24,000 nt of DNA from the NCBI GenBank assembly GCA_966191635.1, contig CBIGPO010000005.1, positions 54,199-78,198 on the forward strand, given 5' to 3'. The notes beneath the pieces are model-generated. The model did no database searches, had not been told where the DNA came from, and saw nothing but the letters and a program-made list of their open reading frames with translations. The position numbers and the translations under genes were made by a program. Positions 7,878-14,895 of the stretch are shown here, piece by piece. Within the stretch, counting starts at the first letter, position 1; each line of letters opens with the position of its first letter. The DNA is from an uncultured Luteibacter sp. GTDB taxonomy: Bacteria; Pseudomonadota; Gammaproteobacteria; Xanthomonadales; Rhodanobacteraceae.

Positions 7878-8186
7878 CTATGACTGCTCTTCGCCATCTT
7901 CCGAGACGGCCCCGTCCTGGTCATAGAACAGCCATTGGCCGACCTCTTCCCCATCCTGATACACACCCTGTGCTGCGAGCTGCCCGTTCGGATGGTAGTC
8001 GCGCCACTCGCCCTGCTCGACCCCGTGGACGAAGGTTCCTTCTGACGAGCGCGCGCCATTGGCGTGATACGCCTCGAAGCGGCCATGGCGTATCCATCGA
8101 GTCCCGTCCTCTGACAAGTAGCGCGCATACCGAAAACGCACACGCCCGTCCTCTGACAGGATCTCGGCGATGTTCAGGTCTTCCAT
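7878..8186 (-). CDS. MORN-repeat-variant protein (YwqK-family antitoxin/immunity-like)
   Basis: 102 aa from internal Met MEDLNIAE..., with SD GGAG 5 nt upstream. Repeated G-x-W-x-x-Y-H/D-x-N-G-Q/x units (HGRFEAYHANG, QGEWRDYHPNGQL, VGQWLFYDQDG). The 20-codon upstream extension in the ORF track lacks an SD. Confidence 0.75.
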   Translation of the reverse strand: MEDLNIAEILSEDGRVRFRYARYLSEDGTRWIRHGRFEAYHANGARSSEGTFVHGVEQGEWRDYHPNGQLAAQGVYQDGEEVGQWLFYDQDGAVSEDGEEQS

Positions 8187-8584
8187 GCGCACTCCGCTAT
8201 GACAGAAAAATACCGGCTCAGAACTCTTGTGATGACTGAAACGCACAGGCCTGCGTTTGGGAATACAGGCCCGGGACGTTTTCCAGGTTCACGAAGGCAG
8301 GTCGCCTGCGGAGTCCCGCGATTCCATGACCAGCATTTTGCCTGGATGGTGCTTCCCCTCATCGACTGCGCGAGCGCAACTCCGCAATTTGCTCGGGTAT
8401 GATTTCCACGCCGACGGGATGGCCCGGATTCATTACGATTCCCAGCTGCGCTCCTACGCTACAAGAAGAAGCTCGAGAAATTCTCCGACAGACACCTCGC
8501 CCGCCTGTGCTTGAACAAGACATTCCTCAAGGGCGTTTTGACTTGTGAAGTTTTGCGCGCTTACCTGGACTGTATCTCCGCCAT

Positions 8585-9235
8585 TCACGCAGGGGGCCTC
8601 GCGAGCACGATGTGCGTAGCTCGTTCCGTCGGAACATGCTCAACGGTACGATACCCAAGCGCGTGGAGGTCCAGACCGCTAAAGAGTGGCTCCCCCTGAC
8701 CAAGCGCCACGGGAGCTAAAGCGAGGTGGATTTCATCCACGTATCCGGCCTGCACGTATTGCCTCACGGTCTCGGCACCGCCACCAATCTTGATGTCCTT
8801 TGCGCCGGCGGCTTCGCGCGCCCTTTGCAACGCGACCTCAATACCTTCAGTGACGAAGTGAAACGTCGTTCCGCCCAGCATCTCGATGGAAGCGCGCGGA
8901 TAATGCGTCAGTACGAACGTCGGCGCGTGATAAGGCGGATTGTCACCCCACCAGCCTTTCCATTCCTCGTCCGGCCACTCGCCACGAATGGGACCGAACA
9001 TGTTTCGCCCGAGGATGAAGGCGCCGAAACCTTCCATCGCGCGTCGGGCGAACGTGTCGTCGAGCCCGGCTTCACCATCCTCTTTTCCCTGCATCTGGCG
9101 AAAGGTCCGCGTTGGGAAAAACCACTGGAAGAGTTCCGGGCCTCGCAATCCAAGCGGATTTTCCAAACTCTGGGCAGTCCCCGCAGCGAAGCCATCAAGC
9201 GAGACACCAAACCCGGCAACTTTTACCTTAGTCAT
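8585..9235 (-). CDS. Dihydrofolate-reductase-fold family protein (RibD C-terminal domain type)
   Basis: 216 aa. Family-typical segments are FILGRNMF and IKIGGGAETVRQYVQAGYVDEIHLALAPVALGQGEPLF. The start overlaps the end of the upstream racemase gene by 8 nt. Confidence 0.85.
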   Translation of the reverse strand: MTKVKVAGFGVSLDGFAAGTAQSLENPLGLRGPELFQWFFPTRTFRQMQGKEDGEAGLDDTFARRAMEGFGAFILGRNMFGPIRGEWPDEEWKGWWGDNPPYHAPTFVLTHYPRASIEMLGGTTFHFVTEGIEVALQRAREAAGAKDIKIGGGAETVRQYVQAGYVDEIHLALAPVALGQGEPLFSGLDLHALGYRTVEHVPTERATHIVLARPPA

Positions 9236-9926
9236 GGGTAACTCCAGCGAAATCCAACGAAGCCTCGCAATGAATCAGCGTCGTGTCGAACACCGGCACG
9301 GATACATTCCCCTGGCTGAGCAGCATACCCACCTCGGTGCATCCCAGGATCACGCCATTCGCGCCCTGCTCCACGAGCCGGGCGGCGATGGCAACGAACC
9401 GGGCCTCGCTCTCGCGCGTCACGACACCGCGGCAAAGCTCCTCGTAGATGATCCGATGCGCATCGGCACGATCGGCGGCTTCAGGAACGATGGGATCGAG
9501 ACCCGCCGCCATCAGGCGGTCCAGATAGAACGGCTGCTCCATGGTGAACGCGGTGGCGATCAGCCCGGGCCGACGTAGTTCCTTCCTCCGTACAGCCGCC
9601 GCCGTGGCGTCGGCAATGTGCAGCAAGGGAATCGACACTCCCTGCATCATCCTGTCCGCGAGTTTATGCATCGTATTCGTGGCCAGGATCAAGAACCCCG
9701 CGCCTCCGCGTTCGAGGGCCATCGCCTCCGCGTTGAGGATATCTCCGGCCTTATCCCAGTTTCCCGCGGCCTGAAGGGCTTCGATGCCCGCAAAGTCGAG
9801 CGAGCGGATGAGCAGCTCTGGCGAATGAAGGCCGCCGAGTCGCTCGCTCGTGAGCCGGCATAGTTCGCGGTAATAGATTTGTGTGGAGGCGGCGGACATG
9901 CCGCCGAGCATCCCGATCGTTTTCAA
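9228..9926 (-). CDS. ygeA: Asp/Glu/hydantoin racemase family protein, YgeA-like (Thr/Cys catalytic pair)
   Basis: Collinear with my recollection of E. coli YgeA: (M)KTIGMLGGMS, ILATNTMHKLAD (Thr in place of the first catalytic Cys), VILGCTEVG. I place the start at TTG 9926, which gives the canonical MKTIG N-terminus. The listed ORF start at 10046 would add 40 non-homologous residues. Confidence 0.85.
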   Translation of the reverse strand: MKTIGMLGGMSAASTQIYYRELCRLTSERLGGLHSPELLIRSLDFAGIEALQAAGNWDKAGDILNAEAMALERGGAGFLILATNTMHKLADRMMQGVSIPLLHIADATAAAVRRKELRRPGLIATAFTMEQPFYLDRLMAAGLDPIVPEAADRADAHRIIYEELCRGVVTRESEARFVAIAARLVEQGANGVILGCTEVGMLLSQGNVSVPVFDTTLIHCEASLDFAGVTHD

Positions 9927-10059
9927 CGAACCATCCCCACAAAAGCTGCCGGATAACGAAGAATAGCAGCGCCAGCGCGCGCGCAGCCAATACTGTCGCT
10001 TATCCATCGCGTGAACCAATGCTGGATAATGCATCGCCCTCCCCAACGAGCCAGAAACG

Positions 10060-10662
10060 ATGAGCGACCTGATCGGCGAAGATAAGGACTTCTACCTTAA
10101 GAACTTCCAGGGCCTGGACTACGCCGAAGGCATCCTCGCCTCGAAGACCTTCGAAGAGTGCACCTTTACCCAGTGCTCCTTCAGCGATGCCCAGTTCAAC
10201 CACTGCAAGTTCATCGAATGCACGTTCCGGTCATGCGACCTGAGCAACGTCAAGCTCAACACCAGCAAATTTCAGGCTGTGACGTTCGACGAATGCAAGG
10301 TCATCGGCGTGGACTGGACACGCGCGGACTGGCCGCGATATGCGGCGCCCGCCAAGCTGACCTTTCGCAAGTCGATAGTGAACTACACCTCGTTCTTCGG
10401 CCTGAGCCTCCAGGAGCTTGTGTTGGAGGAGTGCAAGGTTCGAAACGTCGACTTCAGGGAGGGCGACTTCGCCCGCTCAAACTTCACTTACTCCGACTTT
10501 GCGGAAAGCATGTTCGGTGGCACGAAACTCCAGGGTGCGGACTTCAGCGAAGCCACCAACTACGTCATGGACATCCGCGAGAATCAGGTCAAGGGAGCGA
10601 GATTCACCCGCACGGAGGCCGCCGGACTTCTCTACGGCCTGGGAATCGAGTTGGTCGACTGA
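10060..10662 (+). CDS. Pentapeptide-repeat protein of the AlbG/McbG/Qnr topoisomerase-protection type
   Basis: 200 aa of A(D/N)LXX-type pentapeptides (CTFTQCSFSDAQFNHCKFIECTFRSCDLSNVKLN...). There is an interrupting loop (WTRADWPRYAAPAKL). The C-terminal FTRTEAAGLLYGLGIELVD resembles the Qnr/AlbG dimerisation tail. Confidence 0.9.
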   Translation: MSDLIGEDKDFYLKNFQGLDYAEGILASKTFEECTFTQCSFSDAQFNHCKFIECTFRSCDLSNVKLNTSKFQAVTFDECKVIGVDWTRADWPRYAAPAKLTFRKSIVNYTSFFGLSLQELVLEECKVRNVDFREGDFARSNFTYSDFAESMFGGTKLQGADFSEATNYVMDIRENQVKGARFTRTEAAGLLYGLGIELVD

Positions 10663-10667
10663 TCGCT

Positions 10668-11345
10668 CTAAGCCAGCGCACGGGATGCCTGTCTCATTGC
10701 GTCATTCTCGAGATACACCACCCCGTTCACAGCCGGGCTATTGACGAATTCGGCAACGAAGGCCCGCCCGATATCGTCCTGCTCAATCGCGCCAAACCGC
10801 CCGGGAATCAGTCGCCCCAACCAGGCCACATAACCCGGTGTGTGAGCATTGCCTGCGATGATTCCTGGCTGAAATATCGCGAGGCGCTGGAAGCCGATCG
10901 CTTCGATGGCCGCTTCCTTCAACCCCATGATCCGCACATAGCGAAATCTGCTTTTCGGGTTGCTGCCCACGGCGGAAAGAAGGGAAAAATGGGTGATACC
11001 CCCGGCATGGCAACCTCGGGCAAAGCCACCGACAACACCAATCTCGAGGGCTTTTAGTTCTTCCTCGCTCCATTTCATGCTGCCCGCGCCGACGCCAACG
11101 CAGGACGCTGCGTAGACAGGATCACCTTGCGCAACCATGCCCTGGGCGAGCTTGGTCACATCGGTCGGAAACTGAGTAGCTACCGTATCCAGAACCACCT
11201 GCCGCACGCGGGGATCGGCGGCCGGAGCGACCTCCCTGCGATTGACCATGACGACTTCAACGCAGGACGGCTCCGCGGCCAGAGCGCGCACCACTGCGGC
11301 GCCCACCTGTCCGGTGCCGCCGATGATCAAGACACGGAATGCCAT
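10668..11345 (-). CDS. NAD(P)H-binding atypical SDR (HTATIP2/NmrA-like)
   Basis: 225 aa from internal Met MAFRVLIIGGTGQVGAAVV (GxxGxxG Rossmann motif), with SD GGAGA 7 nt upstream. The 53-codon upstream extension in the ORF track is rejected. Confidence 0.8.
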   Translation of the reverse strand: MAFRVLIIGGTGQVGAAVVRALAAEPSCVEVVMVNRREVAPAADPRVRQVVLDTVATQFPTDVTKLAQGMVAQGDPVYAASCVGVGAGSMKWSEEELKALEIGVVGGFARGCHAGGITHFSLLSAVGSNPKSRFRYVRIMGLKEAAIEAIGFQRLAIFQPGIIAGNAHTPGYVAWLGRLIPGRFGAIEQDDIGRAFVAEFVNSPAVNGVVYLENDAMRQASRALA

Positions 11346-11436
11346 TTCAGGTCTCCCTTCGGGGGGTTGGGACTTCATCCTACGCGGGATTTGCCCAGGG
11401 CTTGCTGCCCAGGCACCTAGGCAGGGCTGCGGCAAC

Positions 11437-11820
11437 CTACGACCTAGCGCAAATGCGTTCGACCCTGGCCCAGACCTCGTCTGACCCGCTCTTCCAGACG
11501 CCATTGAGCAACTGATGAAACGCGCGATCCCGACGCGCGTGCAGCTCGATTCGATCGATAAAGTCGTCGCCTTTGTAATGAATCAGGTCCTCCAGCGGAC
11601 CTGCGGCCAGCACCGCCAATACTTCGTCGGGCGGCGACTTGGCGAGAATGTGCAGGATAGCGAGCCAGATGTCCTCGCTATCAGTAGTCGAGTCCATGAA
11701 ACGCTCAATGGCCCACCACGCGGGATGACCCTCTTTGAATCGAGTCGGATCTTGAACCCCTTCGATATAAGCGACTGCCCAAGCTTCGAGGTCTGCATCA
11801 TTCATAGGCACGCCCGTCAT
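11437..11820 (-). CDS. Hypothetical helical protein (possible immunity-type protein)
   Basis: 127-aa ORF with coding-like composition (HPAWWAIERFMD...IWLAILHILAKSPPDEVLAVLAAGPLEDLIHYKGDDFIDRIE). I recognise no catalytic motif. The start is uncertain (ATG 11820 or ATG 11805). Confidence 0.6.
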   Translation of the reverse strand: MTGVPMNDADLEAWAVAYIEGVQDPTRFKEGHPAWWAIERFMDSTTDSEDIWLAILHILAKSPPDEVLAVLAAGPLEDLIHYKGDDFIDRIELHARRDRAFHQLLNGVWKSGSDEVWARVERICARS

Positions 11821-11836
11821 CTTCCTTTGCCCACAT

Positions 11837-11887
11837 CAGATACTAGCGGGTAAATACGTAGAGGCACGAGATCTCCGTTGAGCACTC
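11837..11887 (+). repeat. Degenerate direct copy of the 3' half of tRNA-Leu(CAG) (att-like remnant)
   Basis: Ungapped alignment to tRNA positions 7747-7797 (offset 4090 nt) gives 38/51 identical, including a 17/18 run (cagAtactagcgggtaaa vs cagGtactagcgggtaaa). It starts at the anticodon and ends at the CCA position. Confidence 0.8.
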
Positions 11888-11907
11888 ATCAGCGGAAAGG
11901 GACACTA

Positions 11908-12156
11908 CTATGAGCCGCTCTTCCCCTCGTCCAGCCGATATTCGACCGCGCTCCGCTCGATAACCACCTCTAGCTCAAAGTGCTTCACCGGCCCGACCTT
12001 TAGACGATCCGCAATTGCCTGCGCCACAGCCTCGGTGTTGCGGGGCGTGATCGGAAAATGATGGGAGCGCAGGTAAAAGAAAATATAGTTCTGCATTCCC
12101 CAGGGCACGCGCTTCCAGGCGGTGCTTGTCCTTGCAGTGTCCGAGTAGTCGGCCAT
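11908..12156 (-). CDS. Hypothetical small protein (82 aa)
   Basis: Internal Met MADYSDTARTSTAWKRVPWGMQNYIFFYL... preceded by SD GGGAG (7-nt spacing). The longer 175-aa version would overlap the divergent hydrolase start and its N-terminus has non-coding-like composition. Confidence 0.45.
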   Translation of the reverse strand: MADYSDTARTSTAWKRVPWGMQNYIFFYLRSHHFPITPRNTEAVAQAIADRLKVGPVKHFELEVVIERSAVEYRLDEGKSGS

Positions 12157-12345
12157 CCAGGTACTCCCTGATACCAACCGATAGCTAAGCAAATACCAGA
12201 CCAGTGGCTCAGAAACGCCACTCAAAGCATCCGACCTCGTGTCCGCGGACAGTGCCTGGCGTACCTGGCGGACATTCGGACATCCTCCGGATGGGGCGTC
12301 CGGGGTACATTGGCAAGCATGACCCACCCCTTCTGAGGTGCGATC

Positions 12346-12909
12346 GTGACGACTGTTGCCCTTGTCATCGATATGCAGGCCGACTTCTTCGGCCATCAGC
12401 GACTGTCCCTGCTCCGGCCTGCCCTCGCGGCCCATACCAATACGCTCACCGCCATGGCACGCGATGCGGCTGTTCCCATCATCTGGGTGCGGCAGGAATT
12501 TGCGTCTGACCTGAGCGATGCGTCATTGGAAGTACGGCGGACCCAAACCAGGGTAGTCATCGCAGGTACCCCGGGGGCGGAGCTCCTGCCCGAACTGGAT
12601 GTTCACGCGTCTGACCATTTCGTTCTGAAGAAACGCTACAGCGCTTTCTTCGGCACGAATCTCGACAGTCTTCTCGAGCAGTTGAATTGCGATCAACTGA
12701 TCGTTGCCGGCGTGAATACACATGCATGCGTACGGACCACGGTCGTCGATGCTTACCAGAGGGACTATGACGTCATCCTGGCGAAGGACTGCATCGACTC
12801 ACTGGATCGGGAACACCATGAAGTGACATGGCGGTATATGGACGGGAAGTTGGGGCGTGGCATGGCTAACGAGGAGATTCGTTCCTGGCTTACGCACCTC
12901 CTTCGCTAG
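12346..12909 (+). CDS. Isochorismatase-family cysteine hydrolase
   Basis: 187 aa with a GTG start and SD GAGG. Catalytic triad context: VIDMQADF (Asp), VLKKRYSAF (Lys), AGVNTHACV (Cys). Confidence 0.88.
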   Translation: MTTVALVIDMQADFFGHQRLSLLRPALAAHTNTLTAMARDAAVPIIWVRQEFASDLSDASLEVRRTQTRVVIAGTPGAELLPELDVHASDHFVLKKRYSAFFGTNLDSLLEQLNCDQLIVAGVNTHACVRTTVVDAYQRDYDVILAKDCIDSLDREHHEVTWRYMDGKLGRGMANEEIRSWLTHLLR

Positions 12910-13235
12910 TGCGCAGACACCTTTGACAGAAGCTGGATTACGAGCACACCCGCCAGAATGAGCCCGAGCCCGCAGACAGCAGCGAAATCAAGAGTTTGTT
13001 TGAAGAATACCCACCCTATTATCGTAATCAGAACGATACCGAAACCGGACCAGATCGCATAAGCGATGCCGGTGGGAATCGTCCTCAGTGTGAGGGAGAG
13101 GAAGAAGAAGGTGACCGCATAGGCAAGGAGTGAGGCGCATGTCGGCCAAGGCCTGGACATACCGTCCGATGTCTTGAGCAACGAGGTGCCGATCACCTCA
13201 CCGACGATCGCGATGAAAAGATAGACGTAAGGCAT
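12906..13235 (-). CDS. SMR-family multidrug/quaternary-cation exporter (EmrE/Qac type)
   Basis: 109 aa, collinear with my recollection of E. coli EmrE (PYVYLFIAIVGEVIGTSLLK..., IPTGIAYAIWSGFGIVLI...). The essential Glu sits in TM1. SD GGAGG. Its stop overlaps the hydrolase stop (CTAG). Confidence 0.92.
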   Translation of the reverse strand: MPYVYLFIAIVGEVIGTSLLKTSDGMSRPWPTCASLLAYAVTFFFLSLTLRTIPTGIAYAIWSGFGIVLITIIGWVFFKQTLDFAAVCGLGLILAGVLVIQLLSKVSAH

Positions 13236-13262
13236 GTGGCCTCCGTAAGAATTTGCACCAGC

Positions 13263-13509
13263 CTATATGACTATCAACGCTTCTCCATCGTACTCATCGG
13301 CCTTGCGAAAATTCGCCAGCTCAGCGCAATCTACCGACCAGATTCGGAGCGAGGATATTTGAGTAGAAGCTGGCTCATCTGCTTGGCCCTCATCGTCACC
13401 CCTTGCCGTCGTACGCAATATCGACACGTGGTACGACAACTTCGATGTGCGACCGGACCAGCATCTTTACCTTGCCCCGAAGAATCGGATGCGACTCTGG
13501 TAGTACCAT
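13263..13509 (-). pseudogene. Possible frameshifted small ORF (81 codons if one G of a GGGG run is removed)
   Basis: A minus-strand 37-codon ORF (MVLPESHPILRGKVKMLVRSHIEVVVPRVDIAYDGKG*) continues in the +1 frame as DDEGQADEPASTQISSLRIWSVDCAELANFRKADEYDGEALIVI*. The junction lies at ggcaaGGGGtgacgat (about 13396-13402). No homology recognised. Confidence 0.25.
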
Positions 13510-13536
13510 CGCCGCAGCCAACGCGAGGTACTTAGG

Positions 13537-13779
13537 ATGACCGCCCGCCTTTCCACCCGACTTGCCCTTTGGCGCGCAGGCGCCTTCTTTGGCATTCTCG
13601 CCGCGTTCGCCGCGGTGGTTCTCCTACCGGCTGGACTGCGGGAGGCCGGTTTTCATATCGCTAAAGCATGGGGTCTTGGTGCGCTGGCCGCGCCGCTCTG
13701 TTGTCTCGGTGCGATCCCGGGTGCGTTCGTTGCCGATCGCATGCGGCCGACTACTTCACGTGTCGCGCCACCAGGGTAA
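13537..13779 (+). CDS. Hypothetical small membrane protein (2 TM)
   Basis: 80-aa ORF with SD GAGG 8 nt upstream. It has two hydrophobic stretches (AFFGILAAFAAVVLLPAGL, LGALAAPLCCLGAIPGAFVA). No homology recognised. Confidence 0.3.
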   Translation: MTARLSTRLALWRAGAFFGILAAFAAVVLLPAGLREAGFHIAKAWGLGALAAPLCCLGAIPGAFVADRMRPTTSRVAPPG

Positions 13780-13887
13780 TACCTGCAATCCTGCAATCCC
13801 CCATTCCACAGTTAGCGGTTGTGCCAGTTCATCGCCATAAAATCGCCTCATGCCGGGGCTAGCTTAACTCCCTCTCAGGAGGAGCAA

Positions 13888-14832
13888 ATGTCGATGAATC
13901 AGAAATGGTGTCATGCCGCAATGATCGCCAGCCTGTGGGTCGCAAGTGCAAGCGCATCTCCACCACCTACGGCCCCGGCAACGTGGGAGCCACCCGCACC
14001 ACTCACCCAGGTTCCGCTGTGGCCCGAGGGACACGCGATAGCACGCCCACCGGTGACGGGTCCGGAATCGGTCAAGGACGATGCGATAGTCGGGAACGTC
14101 ACCCGGCCTACCATGACGGTCTTCCCGCCCAAGGGCACCAGTACGGGTACAACGGTCGTGGTGTTTCCGGGCGGCGGCTACAACATCCTCGCCATGGCCA
14201 TAGAAGGCACGGAGATCTGCGACTGGCTGACCGGCAAGGGCATCACGTGCGTGCTGCTCAAATACCGGGTTCCAAAGAGTGGTCCGCAATGGGACGGCTC
14301 GTGTAACTGCCGCAGGGAACCGAAGGTGCACATGGCGCTGCAGGATGCGCAGCGGACTATTCGACTCGTGCGCCAACAAGCGACGAGCCTTCATATCGAC
14401 CCGGACAAGATCGGTGTGATCGGATTCTCGGCCGGCGGCCATGTGGTCGCCGATGTAAGCAACGCGTCCGAGCGTAGTTACGCACCGGTCGACGATGCCG
14501 ACAAGCTGAGTGCCCGACCGAACTTCGCCATGGCCATCTACCCCGGTCATTTATGGGAGGGCAAGGGTCTCATCCTCAATCTGACGGTTCACGTAACGGC
14601 GAAGACGCCACCCACTTTCCTCGTCCAGGCCGAAGACGATCCCGTCGATGACGTTCGTCACTCGTTGACCTATTACCTCGCGCTGAAACAGGCCGGCGCA
14701 CCTGTGGAAATGCATCTCTACACCACGGGCGGCCATGCCTTCGGCCTGCGCAAGAAGGATCTGCCCATCGGCGCCTGGCCAGAACTCGCGGAGAAATGGA
14801 TGCGGTCGATCGGCATGCTTCCCGCTGACTGA
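13888..14832 (+). CDS. Secreted alpha/beta hydrolase (esterase/lipase-like)
   Basis: Start at ATG 13888 behind GGAGGAG. Signal peptide MSMNQKWCHAAMIASLWVASASA. Oxyanion region FPGGGY, nucleophile elbow GFSAGGH, and a C-terminal acid/His region (EDDPVDD, GGHAF). Confidence 0.88.
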   Translation: MSMNQKWCHAAMIASLWVASASASPPPTAPATWEPPAPLTQVPLWPEGHAIARPPVTGPESVKDDAIVGNVTRPTMTVFPPKGTSTGTTVVVFPGGGYNILAMAIEGTEICDWLTGKGITCVLLKYRVPKSGPQWDGSCNCRREPKVHMALQDAQRTIRLVRQQATSLHIDPDKIGVIGFSAGGHVVADVSNASERSYAPVDDADKLSARPNFAMAIYPGHLWEGKGLILNLTVHVTAKTPPTFLVQAEDDPVDDVRHSLTYYLALKQAGAPVEMHLYTTGGHAFGLRKKDLPIGAWPELAEKWMRSIGMLPAD

Positions 14833-14847
14833 GTCACGCGCGCCGTA

Positions 14848-14872
14848 GCCCCGAAACGAATATATTCGGGGC
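14848..14872 (+). terminator. Possible terminator hairpin after the hydrolase gene
   Basis: GCCCCGAA-acgaatata-TTCGGGGC, an 8-bp stem. It lacks a clean T tract (ctgcccctt follows). Confidence 0.35.
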
Positions 14873-14895
14873 CTGCCCCTTGATCGGAGACCGCG

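Noticed and set aside
8257-8514. 85-aa + ORF, and a possible ribbon-helix-helix antitoxin remnant (LQEEAREILRQ in another frame).
   Set aside because: The ORF has no SD and an implausible sequence. The antitoxin idea rests on a single ~11-aa motif with no intact N-terminal beta-strand region and no partner toxin. It is reported only as a decayed segment.
7798-8600. Searched for a tyrosine/serine recombinase or excisionase next to tRNA-Leu, and for a second tRNA-derived repeat further right (for example around 19745-19775, ttgttcgtagtccgg).
   Set aside because: No recombinase motifs were seen in any frame. The 19.7-kb similarity to the T-arm is short, needs an indel and lacks stem complementarity.
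9927-10046. 40-codon N-terminal extension of the racemase ORF (MGRAMHYPALVHAMDKRQYW...).
   Set aside because: Homology to YgeA-type racemases begins exactly at (M)KTIGMLGGMS, encoded from TTG 9926. The extension would nearly abut the divergent gene's start and leave no promoter space.
10158-11057. 299-aa + ORF spanning the pentapeptide-repeat gene and the antisense of the NAD(P)-binding gene.
   Set aside because: It is out of frame with, or antisense to, two well-supported genes. Its composition is Arg/His/Pro-rich.
12199-12207. GACCAGTGG, a 9-nt match to the core of the TetR operator ATGACCAGTGGTCAT, in the hydrolase upstream region.
   Set aside because: The right half-site is not preserved (TGGCTCA vs TGGTCAT). 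A single 9-mer match in 48 kb of two-strand sequence is not clearly beyond chance.
11908-12435. Full 175-aa version of the minus-strand ORF.
   Set aside because: The N-terminal 93 codons overlap the divergent hydrolase start and promoter region and look non-coding. Only the 82-aa C-terminal part has an SD and protein-like sequence, and even that is kept at low confidence.
13236-13535. 99-aa + ORF upstream of the EmrE-type gene.
   Set aside because: It has an alternative start, no SD, and a Cys/Arg-rich product without hydrophobic-core periodicity. The minus strand gives a more coherent, though frameshifted, reading.
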